A DNA stretch of 64,000 bases from Polyangiaceae bacterium UTPRO1 (GCA_002050235.1 MWST01000032.1:600-64599), one strand, 5' to 3'; counted from the stretch's first letter, positions 31,201 through 39,512 are shown. The notes: generated from the sequence alone by a model not told the origin. Made by a program: numbers and translations.

Positions 31201-31422
31201 GCCCCGGAAGTCGAAGTCGAGGCGCATCGCGTTGCCGGTGCGGCCGGCGTCCTGCGCGATCTCCAGGCTCGCACCGGAGGACGCCTGGGCCGTCCAGCCC
31301 TGGACGCTCTCGAACTCGTCGAGCACCTGGGTGCCGGCCCGCGCCGCTTGCGCTCCGAGGCACAGGAGAACGAGCGCCGCTCGCAACAGCCGCCTCCGCA
31401 CGCCCGCTCCTCCCCCTTTCAT
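28237..31422 (-). CDS. Secreted multidomain glycoside-hydrolase-like protein (CIA30/CBM-like N-domain + F5/8 type C discoidin domain + alpha/alpha-barrel-like C-region)
   Basis: 1061 aa from an ATG that overlaps the upstream permease stop (ATGA). It has a Sec signal (LVLLCLGAQAARA). The discoidin-like segment is QTSWRSGELAAEQWLQLDFGRPREYGGLIVDW. The C-region has RSWIRDGALTS and EHDSNGELLYAIAEYY, reminiscent of GH15-like six-hairpin enzymes. Confidence 0.6.
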   Translation of the reverse strand: MKGGGAGVRRRLLRAALVLLCLGAQAARAGTQVLDEFESVQGWTAQASSGASLEIAQDAGRTGNAMRLDFDFRGGGGFVIARKAFPLTLPGNFAFTFDVRGDAPPNTLEFKLIEPANDNVWWRVYRDYAFQKEWQHVVVKKSRLEYAWGQRRAAAPRKVAFIEIAITTGAGGKGSVWIDDLRLEERPAASRADLPPLVTASTFAPGHEPRLVLDQDPQTSWRSGELAAEQWLQLDFGRPREYGGLIVDWDPEHYATSYRVEVSDDAETWTPAYTSSAGSGGRSYVYLPDGESRYIRLELLQSSQGKGYEIRSLAVQPIAFSASPNQFFEAIAAGAFRGTYPKYFTGRQSYWTVVGVPGGDRKALVSEEGIVEVDKGAFTIEPFLYVDGALVTWSDVQPTQALADRALPIPSVTWRYGDLRLRIEAFAAGPAESAVLYVRYDLENRGDRGRDVDLFLALRPFQVLPPWQSLNMVGGVTPIRTLALDGRTVWVNGDRAVVSLTMPDRFGAATFEQGLVGPYLLKGKVPPETGIADALGWASGALAYRLTVAPGAPGTVQVAVPFHDPGPVIARAPTMSMADVEAERARVVRDWTEQVSRVEVTLPEDARGLVDTLRSTIAYILVNRDGPAIQPGARTYARSWIRDGALTSDVLLKTGHVEAVRDFLAWYAPFQLPDGRVPCCVDRRGADPVPEHDSNGELLYAIAEYYRFTRDVGFVHALWPVVTRAVDWIANARAARTTDAYREPGRQIFFGLLPESISHEGYSSHPVHSYWDDFFALRGVADAAELARAVGDGARAAGWVELRDAFRADIVASIARVMETRTTDYLPASAELADFDPTSSAIAVTIADLTPHLPRAAIDRTFERYWDTVAERVEGRGTSSGYSPYELRNVEAMVRLGERGRAHDILAALLRDQRPAAWNQWAEIVWHDPNAPRFIGDMPHTWVGSSFVRAFRTMLAYERESDQALVLAAGVPASWLAAPGVEVKRLPTYWGVLSYTLTAEGEHALVFRIDGDLTVPAGGIVLQPPLPGPVARVTVNGAPAAGSGEHEVTIRTFPAEVRLGL

Positions 31423-32291
31423 TGCTTCACGCTGCCGCTGGCGATGCCTTCGATGTACGAGCGCTGCAGCGCCAGGAACACCACGACCACGGGTAGCACG
31501 GTGAGCACCGCTCCGGCCATCATCAATTCGGTGTCCTGGACGTGCTCGCCGAGGAGGTTCGCGAGCGCCACCGGCAGCGTCTGCAGGCGGCTGTCGCTCA
31601 GCACGACGAGCGGCCAGAGGAAGTCGTTCCACGTCCCCATGAAGGTGAAGAGCGCCAGGGTGACGAGGACGGGCCGGCAGAGCGGCACCACCACCGACCA
31701 GAAGATGCGGAGCTCCCCGGCGCCGTCGACGCGGGCTGCGTCGAGGAGGCTCTGCGGAATCCCGAGCGCGTACTGGCGGACGAGGAAGATGCCGAAGATG
31801 CTCGCCAGGCCGGGAACGACGACGCCGAGATAGGTGTTCACGAGCCCGAGCCCGCGCAGCATGAGGAAGAGCGGCAGCATGCCGAGCTGTCCGGGAATGA
31901 CCAGCGCCAGGAGCAGGATGGCGAAGATGCGGTCGCGGCCGGGGAAGCGGAAGCGCGCGAACGCATAGCCGGCGAGCCCGTTCAGCGTTACCGACACCAC
32001 CGTCGTGGCGACGGCGATGCCGAGGCTGTTGGCGAAGGCGCGCGCCAGGTCCAGGCGCGCGAAGAGCGCGCGGTAGTGCTCGAGGGTCGGTGCGCTCGGC
32101 AGCCAGCGCGGTGGCACCATGCTCGCCTCGCCCGCCGGCATCAGCGACGCCGACACCATCCAGAGGAGCGGCAGCAGCGTCAGGATCGTCGCGGCGACGA
32201 GGGCGGCGTGCACGAGCGCGATCGCGAGCCGGCGCCGCAGCGCCCGGACGCGGGGTGCAGCGGCGCCGGCGGCGGCGACCCCGGCTCTCAC
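31419..32291 (-). CDS. Carbohydrate ABC transporter permease (MalG-like)
   Basis: 290 aa from a GTG that overlaps the upstream stop (GTGA). The EAA loop is LLDAARVDGAGELRIFWSVVVP, and there are 6 TM segments. Confidence 0.88.
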   Translation of the reverse strand: MRAGVAAAGAAAPRVRALRRRLAIALVHAALVAATILTLLPLLWMVSASLMPAGEASMVPPRWLPSAPTLEHYRALFARLDLARAFANSLGIAVATTVVSVTLNGLAGYAFARFRFPGRDRIFAILLLALVIPGQLGMLPLFLMLRGLGLVNTYLGVVVPGLASIFGIFLVRQYALGIPQSLLDAARVDGAGELRIFWSVVVPLCRPVLVTLALFTFMGTWNDFLWPLVVLSDSRLQTLPVALANLLGEHVQDTELMMAGAVLTVLPVVVVFLALQRSYIEGIASGSVKQ

Positions 32292-33190
32292 GCGACCTCC
32301 CCGCGTGCGCCCATGGCGCGCACGACGAGACTCGGCACCAGCATGGCGAGGAAGAGCGCGAAGGCGATCGCCGCCGCGTAGCCCATGTTCCACCAGCGGA
32401 AGCCCTCGAGGTACATCAGCAGCACCACCGAGAGGGTCGCATGCGCCGGCCCGCCCTGGGTCATGACGTAGGGCTCGGCGAAGAGCTGGAGGTCGCCGAT
32501 CAGCGTCATCACGGTCACGAACACGAGCGTCGGCCGCAGCATCGGAAGCGTCACGTGAAGCAAGCGCGCGCGGGCGCGGGCGCCGTCGACGCGCGCCGCT
32601 TCGTAGAGGCGCTCCGGGATGCTCTGCAGCCCGGCGATCAGGATCACCATGTTGAAGCCGAAGTTCTTCCACACGGTCATGATGACGATCGCGGGCATCG
32701 CGAAGCGCGGCTCGCCGAGCCAGTCGATCGGGCCGATCCCCAGCGGCGCCAGCAACGCGTTCAGGAGCCCGATCCGGGGATGGAAGGCGTAGCGCCAGAC
32801 CACGGCCACGGCGACGAGCGTCGTCACCACCGGCAGGAAGAGCGCGGCGCGGAAGGCCGGCTTCCAGCGCGTCAGGGAAGCGCTCAGCAGCAGTGCGGCG
32901 CCGAGCGAGGCGGCGATCGAGAGCGGCGCCGCGACGACCACGAAATAGAGGGTGTTGCGGACGGCCGTCCGAAACAGCGGATCGCCGGCGAGGCGGTAGT
33001 AGTTGCCGAGTCCGACGCTGCGGAGATTGGCGCGGCTCGCGACCGCGTAGATGTCGAAGTCCGTGCCGCTGAGCGCGATCGCCGCCGCCACCGGCACGAA
33101 GAAGAAGAGCGCGATGGCAGCGAGCGCCGGCGCTGCGAAGAGGAGGCCCGGCGCCGCGCCGGCCGTCGCGAGGCGTCCGCCACGCCTCAC
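32288..33190 (-). CDS. Carbohydrate ABC transporter permease (MalF-like)
   Basis: 300 aa from a GTG that overlaps the SBP stop (GTGA). The EAA loop is LYEAARVDGARARARLLHVTLP. Confidence 0.88.
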   Translation of the reverse strand: MRRGGRLATAGAAPGLLFAAPALAAIALFFFVPVAAAIALSGTDFDIYAVASRANLRSVGLGNYYRLAGDPLFRTAVRNTLYFVVVAAPLSIAASLGAALLLSASLTRWKPAFRAALFLPVVTTLVAVAVVWRYAFHPRIGLLNALLAPLGIGPIDWLGEPRFAMPAIVIMTVWKNFGFNMVILIAGLQSIPERLYEAARVDGARARARLLHVTLPMLRPTLVFVTVMTLIGDLQLFAEPYVMTQGGPAHATLSVVLLMYLEGFRWWNMGYAAAIAFALFLAMLVPSLVVRAMGARGEVA

Positions 33191-34464
33191 GAGCGTCCGG
33201 CCTCCGCACGATCGAGCATCCAGCGCCGCTTCTCCAGGATCGAGTCGACGTCGCGGTCGAGCGCGGCGAGCCCGTCGTCGAGGGCGACGCCGCCGCGCAC
33301 CACGGCCTCGACGTGCTCCGTGATCTTGGCGGCGATGCGCTCCCACTCGGGAACCGTCGGCGGCGCTTGGACGCGGGCTAGTTGGCGCCAGAACGCGGCC
33401 GTACGCGGCGCCTCCGCGAGGCCGGCCGCATGCCAGGCGCTCGGCCGCGCCGGCAGGTCGCCCGTCAAGCGCCAGAACGCCAGCTGCTGCGCCGGCTCGG
33501 CGAGGAACGCGATCCAGCGCCACGCCAGATCGGCGCGCGGGGTGGTGCGGACGACCGCGAGGCTGGCGCCGCCGGCGAGCGACACGCCCGGACCGGCGCC
33601 CGTGAAGGTCGGCAGCGGCGTCGTCGTCCAGGCGTCGGCGAGCGCCGGCAGGCGGCGGCTCATCTCGCCGAGGTTCCATGGGCCGCTGAGGAACATGGCG
33701 AACCACCCCGACGCGAAGTCCTGGTAGACGTTCGCCGACTGCGCCGCGCCTGCGCCCGGCGCCAGCCCGCGCCGGAAGAGCGAGCGGTAGAAAGCGATCG
33801 CGGCGCCGAACGCCGGGCTCCGGAAGTCGCCGAAGCGGTCGCCGTCGCGCAGCAGCGCCGCGCCATGCTGCAGCGCCAGGATCACCGGCGTCTCCCACTC
33901 GGCCAGCGGCAGGAGCACGGCGTAGCGCTCGCCGCCGCGCACCAGCTGCTCCATGGCCGCCACCCAGCCGTCCCAGGTCGGCGGCGGCGCGTCGACGCCG
34001 ACAGCACGCAGCAGATCGCGGCGGTAGAAGAGGACGCGCGTGTCGACGTACCACGGCACTCCGAAGCGCTCGCCGTCGATCGCCGTCGCCGCGACCACAC
34101 CGGGGAACTCGTCGCTCGCCGCGGCGAGGTCGGCGGCGACCGGCGCCAGTGCGCCGAGCGCCACCAGCTCGGCGAGCCAGGTATTCCCGACCTGTACCAC
34201 GTCCGGCATCGCCTCCCCGACGTACGCCGTCAGCAGCTTCTCGTGCGCCGCGCCCCACGGGATCTGTTGCACGCGGACGCGGACCCCGGGATGGCGCCGC
34301 TCGAACTCCGGCACCAGCTGCTGCACGACCTCGCCCTCGCGGCCCATGGCCCAGAACTCGAGGACGTCGGCGTCGGAGGCGGCGCGGCAGCCTCCGGCGG
34401 CAGCCAGCGCCGCGCCGACCACCGCTACCAGCAGCCCCGAGCCGGAGCCTTGGCGCCATCGCAT
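33187..34464 (-). CDS. Extracellular solute-binding protein, sugar ABC transporter (family 1), lipoprotein
   Basis: 425 aa. It has a lipoprotein signal (AALAAAGGC). The segment EFWAMGREGEVVQQLVPEFERRHPGVRVRVQQIPW is typical of sugar-binding SBPs. Confidence 0.85.
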   Translation of the reverse strand: MRWRQGSGSGLLVAVVGAALAAAGGCRAASDADVLEFWAMGREGEVVQQLVPEFERRHPGVRVRVQQIPWGAAHEKLLTAYVGEAMPDVVQVGNTWLAELVALGALAPVAADLAAASDEFPGVVAATAIDGERFGVPWYVDTRVLFYRRDLLRAVGVDAPPPTWDGWVAAMEQLVRGGERYAVLLPLAEWETPVILALQHGAALLRDGDRFGDFRSPAFGAAIAFYRSLFRRGLAPGAGAAQSANVYQDFASGWFAMFLSGPWNLGEMSRRLPALADAWTTTPLPTFTGAGPGVSLAGGASLAVVRTTPRADLAWRWIAFLAEPAQQLAFWRLTGDLPARPSAWHAAGLAEAPRTAAFWRQLARVQAPPTVPEWERIAAKITEHVEAVVRGGVALDDGLAALDRDVDSILEKRRWMLDRAEAGRS

Positions 34465-34573
34465 GGGGCCTACACTCTAGCGGCGATCGCGGCGCCGTGC
34501 ACCGCCGGGAATGACGGGCGCAGCACGGCGCGCTTGACCGATTCGGCGCCCTGTACCAATAGGAGCGGCCAAC

Positions 34574-36148
34574 GTGCCAGCCGATCAGCATGCGACGGCC
34601 TCCCTCCGCGGGGGCTGTGCCGGCGCGACGACCGCGATCGCGCTCCTGACGCTCGCCGCAACGCTCGCGTCGGCCGCCCCGCCGCCGAAGCGATCCCCGC
34701 AACCGTCGCCGCCGCCGACCTTCGGCTTCGCCAACGTCGCCGCCAGGGCGAAACAGCTCGCGACCGAGCCCTTCAAGGCGCCGCCGCAGGTTCCCGAGTG
34801 GCTAACCAAGATCAATTACGATCAGTGGCGCGACATCCGCTTTCGCACCGACCAGACGCTCTGGCGCGATCCGATGCGGCCCTTCCAGGTGCAGTTCTTC
34901 CACCCCGGCCTCTTCTACGACCGCACCGTCGCGGTCAACGTCATCGACGGCAGCAAGGCGAAGCCGCTCACCTTTTCGCCGAGCCAGTTCGACTACGGCC
35001 GCAACGATTTCGCGAGCAAGGTGCCGCAGAGCCTCGGCTACGCCGGCCTCCGGCTGCATGCGCCGTTCAAGACGCCGAAGTACTACGACGAGGTGATCGT
35101 GTTCCTCGGCGCCTCCTATTTCCGCGCCGTCGGCCGCGACCAGGTCTTCGGTCTTTCCGCACGCGGCATCGCCATCGACACCGGGCTTTCGTCGGGCGAA
35201 GAGTTCCCCTACTTCCGCGAGTTCTGGCTGAAGACGCCGGCGGGCAAGGACAAGCACGCAGTCGTCTACGCTCTCCTCGACAGCCCGAGCCTGACCGGAG
35301 CCTACGAGTTCACGATCACGCCGGGCGAACAGACGGTCGTCGAGACGCGCGGCCGCCTCTACCTACGCAGAGCGCCGCAGAAGATCGGCTTCGCGCCCCT
35401 TACCTCCATGTTCTTTCACGGCAAGAACACGACGCGGTGCTTCGACGACTTCCGCCCCGAGGTGCACGACTCGGACGGCCTCCTCGTCGCCAGCGGCAAC
35501 GGCGAGTGGCTGTGGCGGCCGCTCGACAATCCCGAGAGGCTCGAGATCAGCTCCTTCCGCACTCCGGAGCTCCGCGGCTTCGGCTTGATCCAGCGCGACC
35601 GCGACTTCCGGAGCTACGAAGATCTCGAGACCCGTCCCGACCTGCGGCCGAGCGCGTGGATCGTGCCCGGCGGCGACTGGGGATCCGGCCACGTCGAGCT
35701 GATCGAGATCCCCACCAAGTCCGACGCCAACGACAACATCGTCGCCATGTGGGTGCCCGATCAGCAGCCGAAGGTCGGAGCCCCCTACGACTTCGGCTAC
35801 ACGCTCTCGTGGTACGGCGACGATCCCGGCCGGCCGCCCCTCGGCCGCGTCACGGCGACACGCCGGGACGACTTCGAGGGCACGAAGCGCTTCGTAGTCG
35901 ACTTCGCCGGCAAGGCGTTGGAGGACGTGCCCGGCGACCAGATCCTCCGCGGCGACGTCACCGTCGCGAGCGGCGAGGACACCGCCGAGATCGTCGACCA
36001 GCACGTCGCCAAGAATCCGGTGACCGGCGGCTGGCGACTCACCTTCCGGCTCCGCCCGAAGACGAGCGCGCCGATCGAGCTCCGCGCCTATCTCGACAAG
36101 GCCAGCGAGACCCTGACCGAGACCTGGTCGTACGCTTTCCGTCCGTAG
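34574..36148 (+). CDS. opgG: Periplasmic glucan biosynthesis protein, OpgG/OpgD (MdoG) family
   Basis: 524 aa, with AGGAG 8 nt upstream of the GTG. It is MdoG-family throughout (INYDQWRDIRFR, FFHPG, FPYFREFWL, NDNIVAMW). It has an N-terminal signal peptide with no obvious twin-arginine motif. The choice between G and D is uncertain. Confidence 0.85.
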   Translation: MPADQHATASLRGGCAGATTAIALLTLAATLASAAPPPKRSPQPSPPPTFGFANVAARAKQLATEPFKAPPQVPEWLTKINYDQWRDIRFRTDQTLWRDPMRPFQVQFFHPGLFYDRTVAVNVIDGSKAKPLTFSPSQFDYGRNDFASKVPQSLGYAGLRLHAPFKTPKYYDEVIVFLGASYFRAVGRDQVFGLSARGIAIDTGLSSGEEFPYFREFWLKTPAGKDKHAVVYALLDSPSLTGAYEFTITPGEQTVVETRGRLYLRRAPQKIGFAPLTSMFFHGKNTTRCFDDFRPEVHDSDGLLVASGNGEWLWRPLDNPERLEISSFRTPELRGFGLIQRDRDFRSYEDLETRPDLRPSAWIVPGGDWGSGHVELIEIPTKSDANDNIVAMWVPDQQPKVGAPYDFGYTLSWYGDDPGRPPLGRVTATRRDDFEGTKRFVVDFAGKALEDVPGDQILRGDVTVASGEDTAEIVDQHVAKNPVTGGWRLTFRLRPKTSAPIELRAYLDKASETLTETWSYAFRP

Positions 36149-36163
36149 GGCCGCGCGCTCTCC

Positions 36164-36961
36164 TCACGCGGCGGCGACACGGGCGTCGAGGAACGCCGCG
36201 ACCGCGGCATTGAACTCTGCCGGACGCGCCAGGTTCACCAGATGCCCGGCGTCCGCTATCTCGACGAGCTCGGCGCTCGGGATCGCACCGGCGAGGGCGC
36301 GGCTCGCGTCGAGCGAGAGCCGATCGCGCGCCCCCACGACGACGAGCGTCGGCGTTCGCAGACGCGCCGCGCGCGCCGCCAGCGTCGCCGCGTCCGGCTG
36401 CACCGCGATCACGCCGCGCAAGACGTGCGCCAGCGCGTACGGTCGATGTTCGAGGAAGCCGCAGCGCACGAGCGCCGCCCCCTCGGGTGCGAGGCCGGAC
36501 GACGGGCCCCACACGAACTCGGCGCCGGCGGCCTCGAGTCCGTCCCGCTCGATGCGAGCGGCGAAGCGCTCGGCGAGCGCCGTGTAGCTCCCGGGCCGAT
36601 CGCCGCCCGCCGGGAACGCCGCCAAGACGAGGGCGCGGGTCCGCTCCGGGTGAGCGAGCGCGAAGCGCAGAGCGATGCCTGCGCCCATCGACAGGCCGCC
36701 GACCACGGCAGCCGACACTCCGACCCGGTCGAGCACGCGCCCGACGTCGGCGACCAACGCTTCGGGCGTGTACGCAGCGGGATCGAGCGGCGCCTCGCTG
36801 CGCGCGTGGCCGCGGGCATCGAAGCGCACGACCCGGTAGCGAGCCGCGAGGGCGCGCGCCTGGCCGCGGAAGTTGCGAGCGCTGCCGCCGAAGCCGTGGC
36901 CGAGCACCACGACCGGACCCGCCCCCTCGGCCTCGACGTGCAACCGGGGTGCGTCAGCCAT
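36164..36961 (-). CDS. Alpha/beta-fold hydrolase
   Basis: 265 aa. It has HGFGGS, the nucleophile elbow GLSMG and a C-terminal GH. It resembles the 3-oxoadipate enol-lactonase/haloperoxidase-type family. Confidence 0.8.
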   Translation of the reverse strand: MADAPRLHVEAEGAGPVVVLGHGFGGSARNFRGQARALAARYRVVRFDARGHARSEAPLDPAAYTPEALVADVGRVLDRVGVSAAVVGGLSMGAGIALRFALAHPERTRALVLAAFPAGGDRPGSYTALAERFAARIERDGLEAAGAEFVWGPSSGLAPEGAALVRCGFLEHRPYALAHVLRGVIAVQPDAATLAARAARLRTPTLVVVGARDRLSLDASRALAGAIPSAELVEIADAGHLVNLARPAEFNAAVAAFLDARVAAA

Positions 36962-37097
36962 CCGTCACTCCGGCCTGCCGGCGAGCCGATCCGTTACCCC
37001 GGCGCCGCTCCGGCGGCACCTGCCGGCCGCGCCCCTGCCGGCCGCGACCGGCGATCACCGCAATGCAGACCGCAGTTGTCATGCGACTCATCCTGGT

Positions 37098-39083
37098 ATG
37101 CCGGTTGCTTGCGAAAACGACGTGGACGCGATCGGTAGCGCTGCGTTCCGACATCGCCTCGGCCTCGTACCGGCGGCGCGCCGGCTCGCGGTCATCGTGA
37201 CCGTATTCGCCGGCATCGTAGCCGTTCTCGTCGTGCTCGTGAACGCAGAGATGGCCATCATGGCGAGCGTCCGCGCCTACGCCGAGGGTGAGAGCTACTG
37301 GTCGAAGGGACAGAAGGACGCGGTCTTCCACCTCCGGAGCTACGCGGCCTCGCGCGACGCCGCCGACTGGAAGCGCTTCCGCGCCGCGATCGCGGTGCCG
37401 CTCGGCGACCACCGCGCCCGCGTTGAGCTCGCGAAGCGCGCGCCCGACCTCGACGCCGCCCGCGCCGGCCTGCGCGCCGGGCGCAATCATCCCGAAGACA
37501 TCGACGACATGATCATGCTCTACCGCCGCTTCGGCGGCGTGTCGTACATGGCGCACGCGATCGCGGCCTGGAGCGAGGCCGACCGCTACCTCTGGAAGCT
37601 CGTGCACGCCGGCGACAGAGTGCACGCCAAGGTCTTGGCCGGCGACACCGACTTCGCGCCCGAGCTCCGCCGCGTCGCCTCCCTGAATCGGAAGCTCACG
37701 CCCGTCGAGGAGGCCTTCTCGGCGACCCTCGGAACCGGCGCCCGCATGCTCCGCCGCCTCCTCCGGCTCGCCATCGACGGCATGGCGTTGGCGCTCGTGA
37801 CCGTCGGCATGACGATCTCGTGGTTGCTGCTTCGCCGCATGCAGCGCGGCGAGGAGCGCTACCACCATCTGCTCGAAACCGCGGGCGACGCGATCTTCGT
37901 CGTCGACGCCGCCAGCGGCCGGATCGTCGACGCCAACCGCCGCGCCGGCGACCTCATCGGCGTCCCGGTAGCCGACCTCATCGGGCGCGCCGCCGAGCGC
38001 TTCATGCGCTGCGAGGATCTCGCGGGCCAGCCGCCGAACGTCGTCGAGCAGCCCGCGCACGGTCACGCCGTGGTGAGCGGCATCGGCCTACGCCGCGCCG
38101 ACGGCCGCTCCGTCCCGGTCGAGGTGACGACCAGCGCCGCAGTCGTCGACGGTCGCCCGATCCTGCAGTGCATCGCCCGCGACGTCACCGAGCGCGAGCG
38201 CGCCGCCGCCGCGCAGCGCGCCGCGACCCGCACACTCGAACGGTCGTTCGCCGAGGTCCAGCGCGCCCGCCGCCAGTCCGAGGAGCGCGCCTTCGCCCTG
38301 GCGCGGCAAGCCGTCGAGCTCGACCTCGCCCGCACCGCGGCGCTCGAATCGGTGCGCGCGAAGTCGGAGTTCGTCGCCACCATGTCGCACGAGCTGCGGA
38401 CGCCGCTCAACATCGTTCTCGGCTACGTCGACATCCTGCACGACGCCGGCATGGGCCCGGTCAACGACGAGCAGCTCGACACGCTCGACCGGATCCGCGC
38501 CAGCGCCCTCCAGCTCCTCGAGCTGATCGACGGCACGCTCGCGATCGGCCGCCTCGACGCCGGGAGGGAGAACGAGCTCCGCGAGGCCGTCGACGTGCGC
38601 GCGCTCTGCGACGAGGTCAGCGCCGCGTTCGCGCCCCTCGTGCCGGCCGGCGTCACGCTGCGCACGCGCTGCGATCTCGGCAGCCGTCGACCCTGCCTCG
38701 ACCGCGTGAAGCTCAAGACGATCGTCCGCAACCTCGTCGGCAACGCCCTCAAGTTCACCGACACCGGCATCGTCGAGATCGGCGCCCGCAGCGAGGGCCA
38801 CGACGTGGTCCTCGAAGTGCGTGATACCGGGATCGGCATGCGGCCGGAGGAGTTGCCGCACATCTTCGACATGTTCCGCCAGTGCGACGGCTCGAGCACT
38901 CGTCGCTACGGCGGCGTCGGGCTCGGGCTGCACATCGTGAAGCGCTTCACCGATCTCCTCGGCGGCAGCGTCGACGTCACCAGCGAGCCCGGCGCCGGCA
39001 CCTCGTTCATCGTGCGCCTCCCGGACCGCAGTGCGGGAGCGCCGGCGGACTCGGAGGGCCGGCGCAGCGGCAGTGAGCTATGA
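37098..39083 (+). CDS. Membrane-anchored PAS sensor histidine kinase (no cognate response regulator adjacent)
   Basis: 661 aa from ATG 37098. It has one N-terminal TM segment, a ~190-aa unassigned sensor region, a second TM segment and a PAS domain (LLETAGDAIFVVD). The HisKA motif is MSHELRTPLN and the HATPase_c motif is DTGIGM...GGVGLGLHIV. The start is uncertain. Confidence 0.85.
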   Translation: MPVACENDVDAIGSAAFRHRLGLVPAARRLAVIVTVFAGIVAVLVVLVNAEMAIMASVRAYAEGESYWSKGQKDAVFHLRSYAASRDAADWKRFRAAIAVPLGDHRARVELAKRAPDLDAARAGLRAGRNHPEDIDDMIMLYRRFGGVSYMAHAIAAWSEADRYLWKLVHAGDRVHAKVLAGDTDFAPELRRVASLNRKLTPVEEAFSATLGTGARMLRRLLRLAIDGMALALVTVGMTISWLLLRRMQRGEERYHHLLETAGDAIFVVDAASGRIVDANRRAGDLIGVPVADLIGRAAERFMRCEDLAGQPPNVVEQPAHGHAVVSGIGLRRADGRSVPVEVTTSAAVVDGRPILQCIARDVTERERAAAAQRAATRTLERSFAEVQRARRQSEERAFALARQAVELDLARTAALESVRAKSEFVATMSHELRTPLNIVLGYVDILHDAGMGPVNDEQLDTLDRIRASALQLLELIDGTLAIGRLDAGRENELREAVDVRALCDEVSAAFAPLVPAGVTLRTRCDLGSRRPCLDRVKLKTIVRNLVGNALKFTDTGIVEIGARSEGHDVVLEVRDTGIGMRPEELPHIFDMFRQCDGSSTRRYGGVGLGLHIVKRFTDLLGGSVDVTSEPGAGTSFIVRLPDRSAGAPADSEGRRSGSEL

Positions 39084-39305
39084 CTCCTGCTTCTCTTCCT
39101 CGATCTCTTCCTCGGTGAGGAAGGGATGCGGCTGGGGGCCCGGCACGATGCCGGCAATGTCCGGATCCTCGCCCGCCACGCCCGGAGAACGCGTCTCCTT
39201 CTCGGCGGCCCGCTGCTCTCGGCGCATCTCCTTGTTCATGCGGCGCTGCTGCCGAGCTTGTTCTCTCTGGCGCTTGGTGACGGAGGTCCGTGACTTACCA
39301 CCCAT
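39078..39305 (-). CDS. Small highly charged hypothetical protein (75 aa)
   Basis: GAAGGAAGG lies 7 nt upstream of ATG 39305. The N-half is Lys/Arg/Gln-rich (KRQREQARQQRRMNKEMRREQR) and the C-tail is acidic (EEEIEEEKQES). Its 3' end overlaps the convergent kinase gene by 6 nt. Confidence 0.55.
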   Translation of the reverse strand: MGGKSRTSVTKRQREQARQQRRMNKEMRREQRAAEKETRSPGVAGEDPDIAGIVPGPQPHPFLTEEEIEEEKQES

Positions 39306-39512
39306 GGAGTTACCTTCCTTCGCGAAGCTCGCAGCGCTTGCCGCGGGGACGTCGGAGCTCGCAACCGCGACGACGACCGGCGCGCACGGTAGCACCGCGC
39401 TCCCGCGGTCACAACCGAACGCCGGCCCTTTGTCAGCACCGCGCCGCCGTCATAAGAGACCGCAGGAGCTGATCGGGGGAATCTCGGGCCGAGCGCGTCG
39501 AGCGGCCGCGCC

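Noticed and set aside
34574-34690. Possible Tat signal on the OpgG/D-family protein, which would indicate OpgD
   Set aside because: There is no RR-x-F-L-K-type twin-arginine motif. The N-terminus reads SLRGGCAG, so only a generic signal peptide is supported.
36873-37097. Longer start (36873) for the histidine kinase ORF
   Set aside because: It would overlap the divergent alpha/beta-hydrolase gene by ~90 nt. It would also add a Pro/Arg/Ala-rich segment with no TM or sensor features.
39306-39395. 30-codon N-terminal extension of the small charged protein ORF
   Set aside because: The strong RBS (GAAGGAAGG) is positioned for ATG 39305, not for the upstream ATG. The extension is an Ala/Val/Ser-rich stretch without features.
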